Assembly (NCBI GenBank): GCA_963777505.1
Contig: CAVZQN010000003.1
Span: forward strand, 608,001 to 672,000
Length of the DNA stretch: 64,000 nt
Direction: 5' to 3'
Source of the DNA: an uncultured bacterium
GTDB taxonomy: Bacteria; Acidobacteriota; HRBIN11; JAKEFK01
The number at the start of each line of letters is the position of its first letter. The stretch's first letter is position 1. A program made the position numbers and the translations under genes. Shown piece after piece: positions 1-9,311 of the stretch. The notes beneath the pieces are model-generated. The model saw nothing but the letters and a program-made list of their open reading frames with translations, searched no databases and had not been told where the DNA came from.

Positions 1-1
1 T

Positions 2-949
2 CCAAATGCGAAAGCTCAGCCACAACAGCTAACAACAGGTGCGGGCCAGGATGTTCAGCTTGCAGTTTCTGCGGATGGAAAACAAATCGCGTTTACGATT
101 TTGCGCCAGAATGCTGATCTCTGTCTCTTGCCGGGTTCATTGATAAATGGAGTGGCTGAAGGAAAAACGGTTGATGTGATTTCTTCAACTCGTGAAGATA
201 GCCGCGGCTCCTGGTCGCCGGATGGGAAAAAGATTGCATTCAATTCCGACCGCGATACAAATATGAATATCTGGATCTATTCAATGGATGATTCTTCAAT
301 TCGACAATTGACGAAAGGTCCAGGAGGCGACTATCAAGCGACGTGGTCTCCTGATGGCAACGCAATCACCTTTTTTTCATCACGCAGCGGGAATTCCGAT
401 ATCTGGAAAATGGACTCCAATGGAAAGGGGTTAACACAACTTACAAAAAGCGACTCCATTGAAATCAATCCGTTCTTTTCACCCGACGGGAGCAAAATCG
501 CATTCCAATCCGATTTGGGTGGTCGATTCGAATTGTGGGTGATGAATGCAGACGGTAGTGATCCACGCCGTATTACAAACACAGGAAGTCGTGGTCATTT
601 CATGCGATGGTCACATGACGGTGAATTTATCTTTTTCAGATCATCCTCTGGTAAAAATTCCGTGGTTAAAGTTTCGGTGAAAGGTGGGTCACCTGTTGAT
701 ATCGGAGAAATATCCGGCGGTTCACATATTTCTTTTTCGCCAGATCAATCGATGATCCTGGATGTGATCGGACATAAACGGATGTGGATTTCCAATGTAA
801 ACGAAGGAAAGCCGCGAATGGTTTTTGAGTTTGATGATCCGGAGATCCGAATCGATTATCCAGTTTGGTCGCCTGACGGCAAATGGATCCTGTTTGATAA
901 GTTCCAGCCACAAGGAGGGGACATCTGGGTCATGAAGGACTTCGAATAG
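2..949 (+). CDS. TolB-like / PD40 beta-propeller protein, 5'-truncated by the window edge
   Basis: Frame is open from base 2 (PNAKAQPQQLTTG...). Repeated WSPDG/FSPDG-x-x-IAF blades. Confidence 0.85.
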   Translation, partial: PNAKAQPQQLTTGAGQDVQLAVSADGKQIAFTILRQNADLCLLPGSLINGVAEGKTVDVISSTREDSRGSWSPDGKKIAFNSDRDTNMNIWIYSMDDSSIRQLTKGPGGDYQATWSPDGNAITFFSSRSGNSDIWKMDSNGKGLTQLTKSDSIEINPFFSPDGSKIAFQSDLGGRFELWVMNADGSDPRRITNTGSRGHFMRWSHDGEFIFFRSSSGKNSVVKVSVKGGSPVDIGEISGGSHISFSPDQSMILDVIGHKRMWISNVNEGKPRMVFEFDDPEIRIDYPVWSPDGKWILFDKFQPQGGDIWVMKDFE

Positions 950-953
950 CAAC

Positions 954-990
954 CTAACTCAACCGCCATGTCGCCAAGACGCCAAGTTAG
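954..990. repeat. 9-bp-period intergenic element (AACCGCCATGTCGCCAAGACGCCAAG) between convergent genes
   Basis: Closely similar to 47703-47743 (CTARCTCAACCGCCA..CGCCA..ACGCCAAG). Confidence 0.7.
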
Positions 991-1023
991 TTTTGCAGAA
1001 TGAAGCGACTAGTCCCTAACATT

Positions 1024-2417
1024 TCACTGTAGACGAAGCAGGGACCATGAAAGCTCTGCAAAAATAACTTCACATCGCGCCACGTTTTGAACTTCGTGAA
1101 CGTGTTGTGAATCAGCAATCAAATATCCAGATCCCGTCCGTGCTTGCGCAACTGCATCCGAAGAGTTTGCTGGAATTGCCAGCTGTCTTTCAGCGTAATA
1201 CATCAACGGATTTGCAATAGACCAATAGCGTGCTCCGACATATGGAGCCGGTTCCAATTCGGGTATAGCCTTGCGGACAAATTGATGGTTCGTTTTCAAC
1301 AACTTGTTTTCATCTTTCAATATTGTTTCTGGCGAAACCCAAATGAGTGTAGCCAGCGCAATCAAGAAGATCGGAACGGCGACCTTATATAGAACTGAGC
1401 ACGCCCGCGGAAATTGTGATTCCAACCAGTAAGCGCCAGCAATCGCAAGCGCTGGAAGGATTGGAAAAATATAACGGCTCGAACGTGCACTCGAAAAGCT
1501 GTAACCAATCAATGGAAGTAGAATCCAGACGAAAATCAAAATAGCATTCGGACTCCGCGTTCTCGAAATATTTTGATGAGTCCCGGAATCGCAAGAAGAG
1601 CAACTGGGAGAAAAACACTAAAAAGAATGAGTGGATATCCAAGAATTAACTTATAGAAAGGTATTTCACGGACCGACCGGGAAAAAATCTCTCCAAGGTA
1701 ATGTTCGCGCAAAGCTTCGAAGCCAAATCGACTGAACTCATGAATTGGCCATATTGCGCCAATCAAAATTCCTCCAACAATTCCGATCCAAAACCAGCTT
1801 TGAGTTAGTGCTCGTTTGATATCCGCATTGAATATGGCAGCAATCAAAAACACCGGAATTGGCAGCAATCCAAGAAGGCTTTTTGTGAGCAGAGCCGCGC
1901 CTATAGGCAAGGCAAGCAATGCATAGAGTTTAGGGCGTTGAAGAGCTTTAAGAAAAATAAAGAAGGATATTGAAATCCAAAACGTAAGCGGAATTTCGAG
2001 CATGCAGCGTCTGCCATTGCTCAAAAAATGAGGTGTGATCAACAATAAAGCAACAGCTGTCAACGCCACATTCGGTGAAGTTAGATGCCGAGCCGTTTTA
2101 TATGTGAAAAACAAAATCCCCAGCGCCATTAAAATCGAGGGAAGACGTGCAGCAAAATCGTTTTCTCCAAAGAGTTGAAATGACTTTCCCAAAATCCAGA
2201 ATTGCAATGGCGGGTTTTGGAAAGTTGCTTTGTAATTCCAGGTAACGGTGAAGAATCTTCCACTGCGTCCCATTTCAACGCCTTTTCTAGCGTAAAAACA
2301 GTCATCCAGAGATAGAAGCGATAGCTTTCCTGCATTTGCGCTGAGAACAAGAAAGGTAAGAAGAAGTAAAACAATCAGGGTTCTCTCCGTGCCTTTGTGG
2401 TTAAAGATTGTGTACAT
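1024..2417 (-). CDS. ArnT/PMT-family (GT-C) membrane glycosyltransferase, split by one frameshift near 1550
   Basis: DD-x-FY, NPPL, FAARLPS and LLTKS motifs in 1536..2417. The adjacent frame continues PNAILIFVWILLP...SSRYIFP in 1024..1539. One missing base restores about 464 aa. Confidence 0.8.
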
Positions 2418-2455
2418 GTTTATATTTATGATCGCACAGGAAAAGGAGACTTTAT

Positions 2456-3481
2456 ATGAGTAAAGTGCTTCGCTTTGTTAAACATGAAAAAGCAGAATTT
2501 GAAGAAGGCACATATCAAGGTGTGTCTGGGAATCCTGATGCTAATCTCCTTGATGCCTATTCGCGGGCTGTTATTGGAGCCGCCGAAAAAGTGAGTCCTG
2601 CTGTTGCTAAAATTGATGTGCAGCAGCGGTCGAATTCGCGAAGAGGACCTCGGGATGCCCAGGGAAGCGGGTCAGGTTTTTTGTTTACACCCGATGGATT
2701 TATTTTGACTAATAGCCATGTAGTTCATGATGCAACCAGGATGAATGTTCTGTTGCCTGATGGAAGACGCTTTAATGCAGAACCTGTTGGTGATGATCCC
2801 CATACAGATCTTGCTGTGATTCGGATTCTGGGTTCAGGACTGGTTTCAGCCGACCTTGGAGATTCTCATACCGTTAAAGTTGGACAGCTTGCGATTGCGA
2901 TCGGTAATCCTTATGGATTTCAATGTACAGTTACGGCAGGTGTTATCAGTGCTTTGGGACGCTCCTTGCGTTCTCAATCCGGCAGGTTGATCGATAGCGT
3001 TTTGCAAACGGATGCAGCATTGAACCCCGGAAATTCGGGTGGACCTCTGGTAAATTCAAATGGTGAAGTAATCGGAGTCAATACTGCAGTCATTTTGCCT
3101 GCACAGGGAATCTGTTTTGCAATCGCAATTAACACAGCAAAATATGTTGCAGGACAGTTGATCAAGGATGGACGGATCCGCCGAAGTTTTATTGGAGTTG
3201 CCGGTCAAGATGTTCCGCTCCACAGGCAGATTATGCGTTTTCATCACCTAACCCAGGAAAGTGGAATCCTTGTGGTTTCAATCGACCAAAATAGCCCCGC
3301 GCAAAAATCTGGTTTGCGGGAAGGGGATGTCATTCTCAGTTTCAATGACATTGCGGTGGCCGGAATTGATGAACTTCATCGCCGGCTCACAATCGATCAT
3401 GCCGGCAGAAAATCGGATCTCTGCGTATTGCGGGGCACAGAAAAGATAAATCTACAGATCGAACCAGAAGAACGGGATTAA
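2456..3481 (+). CDS. HtrA/DegQ-like trypsin serine protease with PDZ domain
   Basis: TNSHVV (His), DLAV (Asp), GNSGG (Ser), C-terminal PDZ. AAGGAG RBS upstream. Confidence 0.93.
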   Translation: MSKVLRFVKHEKAEFEEGTYQGVSGNPDANLLDAYSRAVIGAAEKVSPAVAKIDVQQRSNSRRGPRDAQGSGSGFLFTPDGFILTNSHVVHDATRMNVLLPDGRRFNAEPVGDDPHTDLAVIRILGSGLVSADLGDSHTVKVGQLAIAIGNPYGFQCTVTAGVISALGRSLRSQSGRLIDSVLQTDAALNPGNSGGPLVNSNGEVIGVNTAVILPAQGICFAIAINTAKYVAGQLIKDGRIRRSFIGVAGQDVPLHRQIMRFHHLTQESGILVVSIDQNSPAQKSGLREGDVILSFNDIAVAGIDELHRRLTIDHAGRKSDLCVLRGTEKINLQIEPEERD

Positions 3482-3495
3482 AAAAGCAATTTCAT

Positions 3496-3520
3496 CGGGC
3501 GGGTCTTAGACCCGTCCCAC
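3496..3520. repeat. Single REP-like palindrome GGGCGGGTCTTAGACCCGTCCC
   Basis: Degenerate copy of the REPs at 5348-5420 and 55267-55336. Confidence 0.8.
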
Positions 3521-3530
3521 TTGTCATGCG

Positions 3531-3560
3531 TTGACAGTTGATGCCGGGTTGCTATAGCAT
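3531..3560 (+). promoter_or_regulatory. Putative sigma70 promoter
   Basis: TTGACA at 3531-3536 followed by TGCTATAGCAT at 3550-3560. Confidence 0.45.
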
Positions 3561-3598
3561 ATGCTGTTTCATTTTGGGGTTCCCGAGGAGGAAGTAAA

Positions 3599-4477
3599 GT
3601 GCGTCGTCCCCTGATTCCATTATTTGCTCTAATACTGGCAACAGTTTTTGTGTTGCCATCTTGTAACAGACCGCAAGCTACCATCGTTCCAAAACTTCAG
3701 ATCAACAAAAAATCTGCAGAAATGGGAACACCGATTGAGGTCACATACGCCTTTTCGACAAAAAAAGACTACATTGCGCTGAATAAAGATCTCTGGGTAT
3801 TTTGCCACTTCCTGGATCCAAAAAAGGTGATCCGTTTCCAGGATGATCATCAGCCCTCCATTCAGACCAGTCAATGGAGACCAGGCGGCAATTATCATTA
3901 TTCGCGAACATTGTTCATTCCAAAAAACATTCCTGCAGGCGAATACACAATTTCCATGGGTTTATATGCACCTGATAAAGAAGAACGCGTGGTGCTTGAA
4001 GCAAAACCCCTGGATGATCGCGCCTACAGCATGGGGACTTTGTTAGTTGAAATTCCACCAGCTGAACCAGTGTTTCAATGGGTACGGGGTTGGTATGATC
4101 CTGAAACCGTGCCGAACGATATTAACACTCAATGGAAATGGACCAAGAAAGAAGCCGTTTTAAAAGTTCGAAATCCTAATTCGAATGCTTTACTTTACTT
4201 CAAAGCGGACGGAAACATTGATCGTTTTGCAAAGGATCCGCAAGTGGTTACTCTGAAAATCGGCGAGACAGTGATCGATAGTTTTCCGATTACAAGCAAT
4301 CAGCCATTTCTCAAAAAATATCCGATCGAGCAAAGTAAGCTGGGTAATGGAAAAATGCTTGAAGTAAAAGTGGAAGTAGATAAAACTTTCAAACCTGCTG
4401 AAGATAAAATCTCAGCTGATACTCGCGAGCTCGGAATTCGGGTTTATGAGCTCTATCTCGGCAAAGCAGCTGACTAG
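3599..4477 (+). CDS. Hypothetical two-domain lipoprotein (paralog 1)
   Basis: Signal peptide with VLPS-C lipobox. Aligns along its length with the next ORF. Confidence 0.8.
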   Translation: MRRPLIPLFALILATVFVLPSCNRPQATIVPKLQINKKSAEMGTPIEVTYAFSTKKDYIALNKDLWVFCHFLDPKKVIRFQDDHQPSIQTSQWRPGGNYHYSRTLFIPKNIPAGEYTISMGLYAPDKEERVVLEAKPLDDRAYSMGTLLVEIPPAEPVFQWVRGWYDPETVPNDINTQWKWTKKEAVLKVRNPNSNALLYFKADGNIDRFAKDPQVVTLKIGETVIDSFPITSNQPFLKKYPIEQSKLGNGKMLEVKVEVDKTFKPAEDKISADTRELGIRVYELYLGKAAD

Positions 4478-5351
4478 AAACTCCTACAGGTTCTTCATTC
4501 CTGTAGTCGTACTGTTTCTGCCTCTTATTGTTTCTTGTGATGCAACGCGTCCAAAAGCGCACATCACACCTAGTGTAAGTTTCAATAGAACTTCCGCAGA
4601 AATGGGAACACCTGTCGAAGTGATTTATTCTTTCAAGACAAGTTCCGATTTTCCTGGCCTTAAAAAAGATTTAATCGTCTTCGTACATTTTTTGGATCCT
4701 TCAGGCAAAATTCGATTTGTTGATGATCACAATCCGCCTTCGCGGACAAATCAATGGGCACCTGGAAGAAGCTATTCGTACGTAAGGACTTATTTTCTTC
4801 CGGAAAATATTCCGGCAGGCGAATATACAGTCCAACTTGGGATGTACACTCCGTCCGGTAAAGGTGAACGATTTGTATTGAATGCCAGACAATTAAGCGA
4901 TCGTTCGTATGCTGTGGGCAATATCAAGATTTTGAAACCTGTGCCGGACAATAAAGTGCAGTACGTATCAGGTTGGTACAACCTTGAACGCGCTCCCAAT
5001 GATGATTGGTATCACTGGCGATGGATCGGGAAAACGGCTGTAGCGCGAATTCCAAATCCTCGAACAAACTCATTCTTGTATTTGAAAGCGGAAAGCGAAC
5101 GTCATCGTTTTCAAACACCACAACGCATCACGATTTTTCTTAAGGATAAACAAATCGATCAGTTCGAGGTCGAAAGTGCAGAGACATTTGCAAAGAAACT
5201 TGAAATTTCCGAGGCAACTTTAGGAACGGATAGCGAAATAGATGTAAAGTTGGAGGTAGATCGGACATTTTCACCGTCGACAGACGGCGAAAACGGAGAT
5301 ACTCGCGAACTAGGCTTGCGTGTGTACTGTTTATATTTGGGCAAGAAGTAG
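4446..5351 (+). CDS. Hypothetical two-domain lipoprotein (paralog 2)
   Basis: LIVS-C lipobox. Shares SAEMGTP, HFLDP, DDHxP, NIPAGEYT and DTRELG with the upstream paralog. Exact start uncertain. Confidence 0.8.
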   Translation: MSSISAKQLTRNSYRFFIPVVVLFLPLIVSCDATRPKAHITPSVSFNRTSAEMGTPVEVIYSFKTSSDFPGLKKDLIVFVHFLDPSGKIRFVDDHNPPSRTNQWAPGRSYSYVRTYFLPENIPAGEYTVQLGMYTPSGKGERFVLNARQLSDRSYAVGNIKILKPVPDNKVQYVSGWYNLERAPNDDWYHWRWIGKTAVARIPNPRTNSFLYLKAESERHRFQTPQRITIFLKDKQIDQFEVESAETFAKKLEISEATLGTDSEIDVKLEVDRTFSPSTDGENGDTRELGLRVYCLYLGKK

Positions 5352-5425
5352 GGGCGGGTCTCAGACCCGCCCGTCTGTTTGCGACACTTGAACCCGGGCG
5401 GGTCTGAGACCCGCCCCTACTTCTT
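5343..5425. repeat. GTAG-type REP doublet (REPIN-like) with perfect 31-bp inverted repeat
   Basis: 5343-5373 is the exact reverse complement of 5395-5425. Each arm is GTAG plus the hairpin GGGCGGGTC-nnn-GACCCGCCC. Confidence 0.9.
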
Positions 5426-5460
5426 CAAAATCTCAAGAAATAGCTGATCATTTGCTTCGC

Positions 5461-5614
5461 TAGCCCCCGGCGTGAGCCGGGGGTAAATGATTGGACAAAT
5501 GAACTAGCCCGCTTCATGCGGGCGAAAGACCATTCCAATGAATACTCTTACGCCCGCCTTTGGCGGGCTAAAATCATTGCATAAACAGTTAACCCCCGGC
5601 TCACGCCGGGGGCT
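5461..5614. mobile_element. Non-autonomous nested four-hairpin element (REP/IS200-like ends)
   Basis: Outer inverted pair TAGCCCCCGGCGTGAGCCGGGGGT / ACCCCCGGCTCACGCCGGGGGCTA. Inner pair TAGCCCGC..GCGGGCG / CGCCCGC..GCGGGCTA. Lies between 22-bp direct repeats at 5417-5438 and 5647-5668. Confidence 0.65.
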
Positions 5615-5646
5615 ATTAATTAATTCTATTTGATCGGGGCGGGTTA

Positions 5647-6891
5647 CTACTTCTTCAAAATCTCAAGATTTATTTCGAGTGTAATTTTTTTAGGATTCGT
5701 TTTGCCTTCAACATTCATGCTTAAAGCATTGCTGAACTTCTTGTGGAAATTTTCCCCGGTAAGATGAAAATCCAAAGACAGATTTTTAACAATATCAATT
5801 TCCGAAGGATCGAGACGAATTTTTAATTTCTTAGTTATCCTTCGTTCTTTGCCTTTTGAAGCTTCCAAAAGTTCATTCAAAACATCTTCGGTCGAGTCTT
5901 TTGCCTTTTTTATTTCTCTTGTGGTTGCATATGCGCCCGCCTTACCTGTATGAAGTTCTCTCAGGGCATCGAGCTGAGATGCAATGTCGGATGACCGAAC
6001 AGAAATCTTTTTGACTTCTGGCTGAGTGACTGGAACCGCCACTTGAGCAAATTCAACCGTTTCGCGGGCAATTTCAGCGGCTGTCGGAATCCCAACTTCT
6101 TCCTCAGAAATTGGCAAAGAATTTTGTTCAGCAGCATCCAATAATGCTCCTACTTCATCTGAGATTTCTTGAGAAATATCTGCTTCGGGTTCTATCGGAG
6201 GTTGTGGAGTGGGTTGACGATGTTCAGCCATCACTGGAGGCGGAGTGATTGGACGATCCATCGCGCGAACCGCAATATCGGGGATCTTCGGTTTTTCCTC
6301 GCCTAAAGCTTTCCTGCGAAGCATGATTAAAGTGGCTTTTGAAATTCCTTTTAAAGTCTCAAAAACACCATCTCCAATCAGTGCTGATGCTTCAAACCAC
6401 GGAATATTGCGCTCGTTCAAAACGCGGTTCATTTCATCAATCGATGCTACATTTTTGAGATCCCTTTTGTTGTATTGAAATACCATCGGAATATCTTCAA
6501 GTTTCAAGCCAAGTTCTGCAATATTCTCTTCAAGATTTTTGTAACTTTCCAAATTGGCTTCGAACATTGGTTCTTGCGAATCCGCGACAAATACGATTCC
6601 ATCTACACCACGTAAAACAAGTTTCCGTGTATTGTTATAAAAGACCTGACCTGGCACTGTATACAACTGAAAGCGGGTTTTGAATCCAGCAATATTTCCA
6701 ACATCAAGCGGAAGTAAATCGAAGAATAGAGTACGATCGGTTTCAGTTTCGAGGCTGACCATTTCGCCACGGGATTTCGGGGAAGTCTTTTGATAGATAT
6801 ACTGCAGATTGGTTGTTTTCCCGCAAAGGCCAGGACCGTAATATACGATCTTAGCGGCCATCTGCAGTGTCGCGTAGTTAAAGAAAACCAT
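5647..6891 (-). CDS. mglA: MglA-family small GTPase with about 220-aa C-terminal extension
   Basis: YYGPGLCGKTTNL P-loop, DRTLFFD, LYTVPGQVFY, NKRD. Confidence 0.88.
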   Translation of the reverse strand: MVFFNYATLQMAAKIVYYGPGLCGKTTNLQYIYQKTSPKSRGEMVSLETETDRTLFFDLLPLDVGNIAGFKTRFQLYTVPGQVFYNNTRKLVLRGVDGIVFVADSQEPMFEANLESYKNLEENIAELGLKLEDIPMVFQYNKRDLKNVASIDEMNRVLNERNIPWFEASALIGDGVFETLKGISKATLIMLRRKALGEEKPKIPDIAVRAMDRPITPPPVMAEHRQPTPQPPIEPEADISQEISDEVGALLDAAEQNSLPISEEEVGIPTAAEIARETVEFAQVAVPVTQPEVKKISVRSSDIASQLDALRELHTGKAGAYATTREIKKAKDSTEDVLNELLEASKGKERRITKKLKIRLDPSEIDIVKNLSLDFHLTGENFHKKFSNALSMNVEGKTNPKKITLEINLEILKK

Positions 6892-7057
6892 GGTTGTTCG
6901 ACTACCTTTTACCTTGAGCCAGTTTGCCCAAATCGTGTCCGGCAGGCAGGAGAAACCGGTTCACATTGCAAACTGATTTTTTCTCGTAATAATATGTCTC
7001 ATGATAACAGAACCCCTTCTGGAAAATCAATTTGTTCAGGCCTATTACCTTTGAATT

Positions 7058-7519
7058 ATGACATCACTATCTGAAAAGACCATCGCTACGAATCGGAAGG
7101 CGTTTTCCGATTATGACATTCTGGAAAAGTATGAAGCCGGTATTGTGCTTTTAGGCTCAGAAGTAAAATCGATCCGCGATGGAAAAGTAAATTTGAAGGA
7201 TTCATATGCATTGATCAAAAACGAGGAAGCTACTCTACTAAACTGTCATATTTCGCCCTATAACTTTGCACATCAGTTTAATCATGAGCCTTTGCGAACC
7301 AGGAGACTATTGCTTCATCAACGTGAAATCAGCCGGCTGATGGGTAAGATAAAGGAAAAGGGTTTAACGCTTGTTCCGTTGCGCCTTTATTTTAAAGGGA
7401 AGCATATTAAAGTGGAGATTGCGCTTGCAAAGGGGCGCAAGATTTGGGGAAAACGGGACGTGAAGCGCAGGAAAGCCGTGGACAAAGAAGTGCGGAAGGC
7501 ACTAAAATACCGGCGTTGA
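7058..7519 (+). CDS. smpB: SsrA-binding protein
   Basis: NRKA..DY.ILE.YEAGIVLLGSEVKSIR, RTRRLLLH, basic C-terminal tail. Confidence 0.97.
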   Translation: MTSLSEKTIATNRKAFSDYDILEKYEAGIVLLGSEVKSIRDGKVNLKDSYALIKNEEATLLNCHISPYNFAHQFNHEPLRTRRLLLHQREISRLMGKIKEKGLTLVPLRLYFKGKHIKVEIALAKGRKIWGKRDVKRRKAVDKEVRKALKYRR

Positions 7520-7529
7520 CGCCTCCTTC

Positions 7530-9206
7530 ATGAAAGCAACCATCGTACTGCTCCTCGTTCCCTTGTTCGCATTTCTTGCGGCCGCAGCGATTTTAGATCC
7601 CGGCAGATATCTTCCTTCCTTTCCAGAAGCCGACACAACTGCCTATCATGCCGCGCGAAGTATTGCTTCCGATTGGGATCTTGCCTATTCATCCCAAGAT
7701 TCCGATCGATATTTCAAAAAATACGATCAGCGTCCAAATCGTTTCAGGCTTACTCTGAAAAAAGTACTTTCTTCGAAAGGCACCTACTTTGAATATCCAG
7801 TTTTTTGTTTGCCTGAAGTTTTTGTGTTTGCTCTCGTTCCATTTGTCTGGGCTTTCGATTTTTCAGGATGGCTCGTGCTGCACACGTTTTGTATTGGAGC
7901 CCTTTTCTGGATCGGCACATTGTTTTACAAGCCGGCGGGTGAAGATTCACGTTGGGCTGCTATCAATGCAATCTTGTACTTTACCTTGATACTCGTTCCT
8001 GTAATGTTTTTAATGCCGACACATCATCTTTTTTTGCTCACTGTAGTGACTGCGGCAATTTATTTTGGACTAAAGGGTTTTCCCATTGTGAGCGCAATAT
8101 TGATAGCAATTGCATTTTCATCTCAGCCCTGGGCGTTACTCATTGGTCTATTTCTTATTGCTTACTGGAAATTTTCGGGACTTCACGGTGAATCACCGAA
8201 GTTCGTCATTACCTTGATCGTTTCGTGTGGCGTTATTTTCGCAATTGAATGGCTGATGTATCCATTGTCAGCGATTTCGGAAACGAGATGGATTGCAACT
8301 GCTCCCGTTGTGCCTGTTAAGCAAGTTTGGAGTACTTTGCCTGTCTTTGAAAAATACCTTATCGGACCTCCGTCGCTGGAGCGCCTGTCAGAGTTCGTAT
8401 TTGGAAGAACTGCGGGATTTATGTCCTACGCAACGGCAGCGCTCTGTTTGATGCTCGCATCGATTTGGAATGTTCGCGACCGTCTTGTAAACAGGGCTCT
8501 CGCTGTTTCTGTTTTAGTTCTTGTGATTATTCCTTTTGTATCCTTCAGAGGAAGAGGGCTGGCCTACTTCACGGATGATTTTGCGATTTTTCTTTGTGCA
8601 ATTGTTTTTTTTATGAGTCCGATGGTAAGGCCGCGATGGTTTCTAATTCTCATACTGTCATTCAGTTCAATCTTTGCCGCACCTCTCGTCTTAAATCCAT
8701 TGGGTGCTCTTTCGTCAAGAATCTATTACTTACAATCGTTTCCATTTAAATACCTACCGCAGGAATTAGATTTCATCGGCATTCATGGTTTAACATCAGA
8801 TCCGGCGTACAAAATGAAAATTCCGGGGGGTACGTTTTACTTTTTGAATCAAAATTTCTATCAAGAGAAAGATTTTATCTGGGTAAGAGGCGAATCCGAA
8901 TTGGAATTTGTGATTGAATCAAACTCACCCGATGTCATTACGCATTTAAAGATTGACAATGGCGAAGTTGAAAATCGAATTTCGGCTGTTGTAACTGGAC
9001 GAGAGGAATTTTTTGCGCTAAAACCGGGTGAAACAAGCTATCTTGATCTGGCTGTTTATAAATCGCGCTTTGTTACTTACAAAGGCAAATATTACCTTCA
9101 TGGTAAAATACAACCTGGCAGCGGTTATGTTCCAAAGCTCTTAAGCCGCGAGAATCCCGATTATCGTTATCTTGGCTGCAAAATTCAGCCATTCGAAAAA
9201 AAATAG
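7530..9206 (+). CDS. Polytopic membrane protein with C-terminal soluble domain (possible GT-C-like)
   Basis: Many hydrophobic segments. Early AD..AY..AxSIAxDWDL loop. C-terminal W-V-R-G...DYRYLG. Confidence 0.65.
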   Translation: MKATIVLLLVPLFAFLAAAAILDPGRYLPSFPEADTTAYHAARSIASDWDLAYSSQDSDRYFKKYDQRPNRFRLTLKKVLSSKGTYFEYPVFCLPEVFVFALVPFVWAFDFSGWLVLHTFCIGALFWIGTLFYKPAGEDSRWAAINAILYFTLILVPVMFLMPTHHLFLLTVVTAAIYFGLKGFPIVSAILIAIAFSSQPWALLIGLFLIAYWKFSGLHGESPKFVITLIVSCGVIFAIEWLMYPLSAISETRWIATAPVVPVKQVWSTLPVFEKYLIGPPSLERLSEFVFGRTAGFMSYATAALCLMLASIWNVRDRLVNRALAVSVLVLVIIPFVSFRGRGLAYFTDDFAIFLCAIVFFMSPMVRPRWFLILILSFSSIFAAPLVLNPLGALSSRIYYLQSFPFKYLPQELDFIGIHGLTSDPAYKMKIPGGTFYFLNQNFYQEKDFIWVRGESELEFVIESNSPDVITHLKIDNGEVENRISAVVTGREEFFALKPGETSYLDLAVYKSRFVTYKGKYYLHGKIQPGSGYVPKLLSRENPDYRYLGCKIQPFEKK

Positions 9207-9208
9207 AC

Positions 9209-9289
9209 GTAGGGGCCGCCCTTGTGGCGGCCCGAGTTATAAAAAGAATATCTTAGTAAGGGGCGGGCGGCCACAAGGGCCGCCCCTAC
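9209..9289. repeat. GTAG-type REP doublet, second sequence family
   Basis: GTAGGGGCCGCCCTTGTGGCGGCCC (9209-9233) and inverted GGGCGGCCACAAGGGCCGCCCCTAC (9265-9289). Confidence 0.88.
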
Positions 9290-9311
9290 TAATAAAGGAG
9301 AAAATAGGCGA

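Noticed and set aside
1536-1538. Selenocysteine or stop read-through at TGA in the ArnT-like gene
   Set aside because: The continuation is in a different frame, so it is an indel rather than recoding.
6892-7530. tmRNA next to smpB
   Set aside because: No GGGG..GA...TTCGAC 5' end or tRNA-like 3' end in the flanking sequence.
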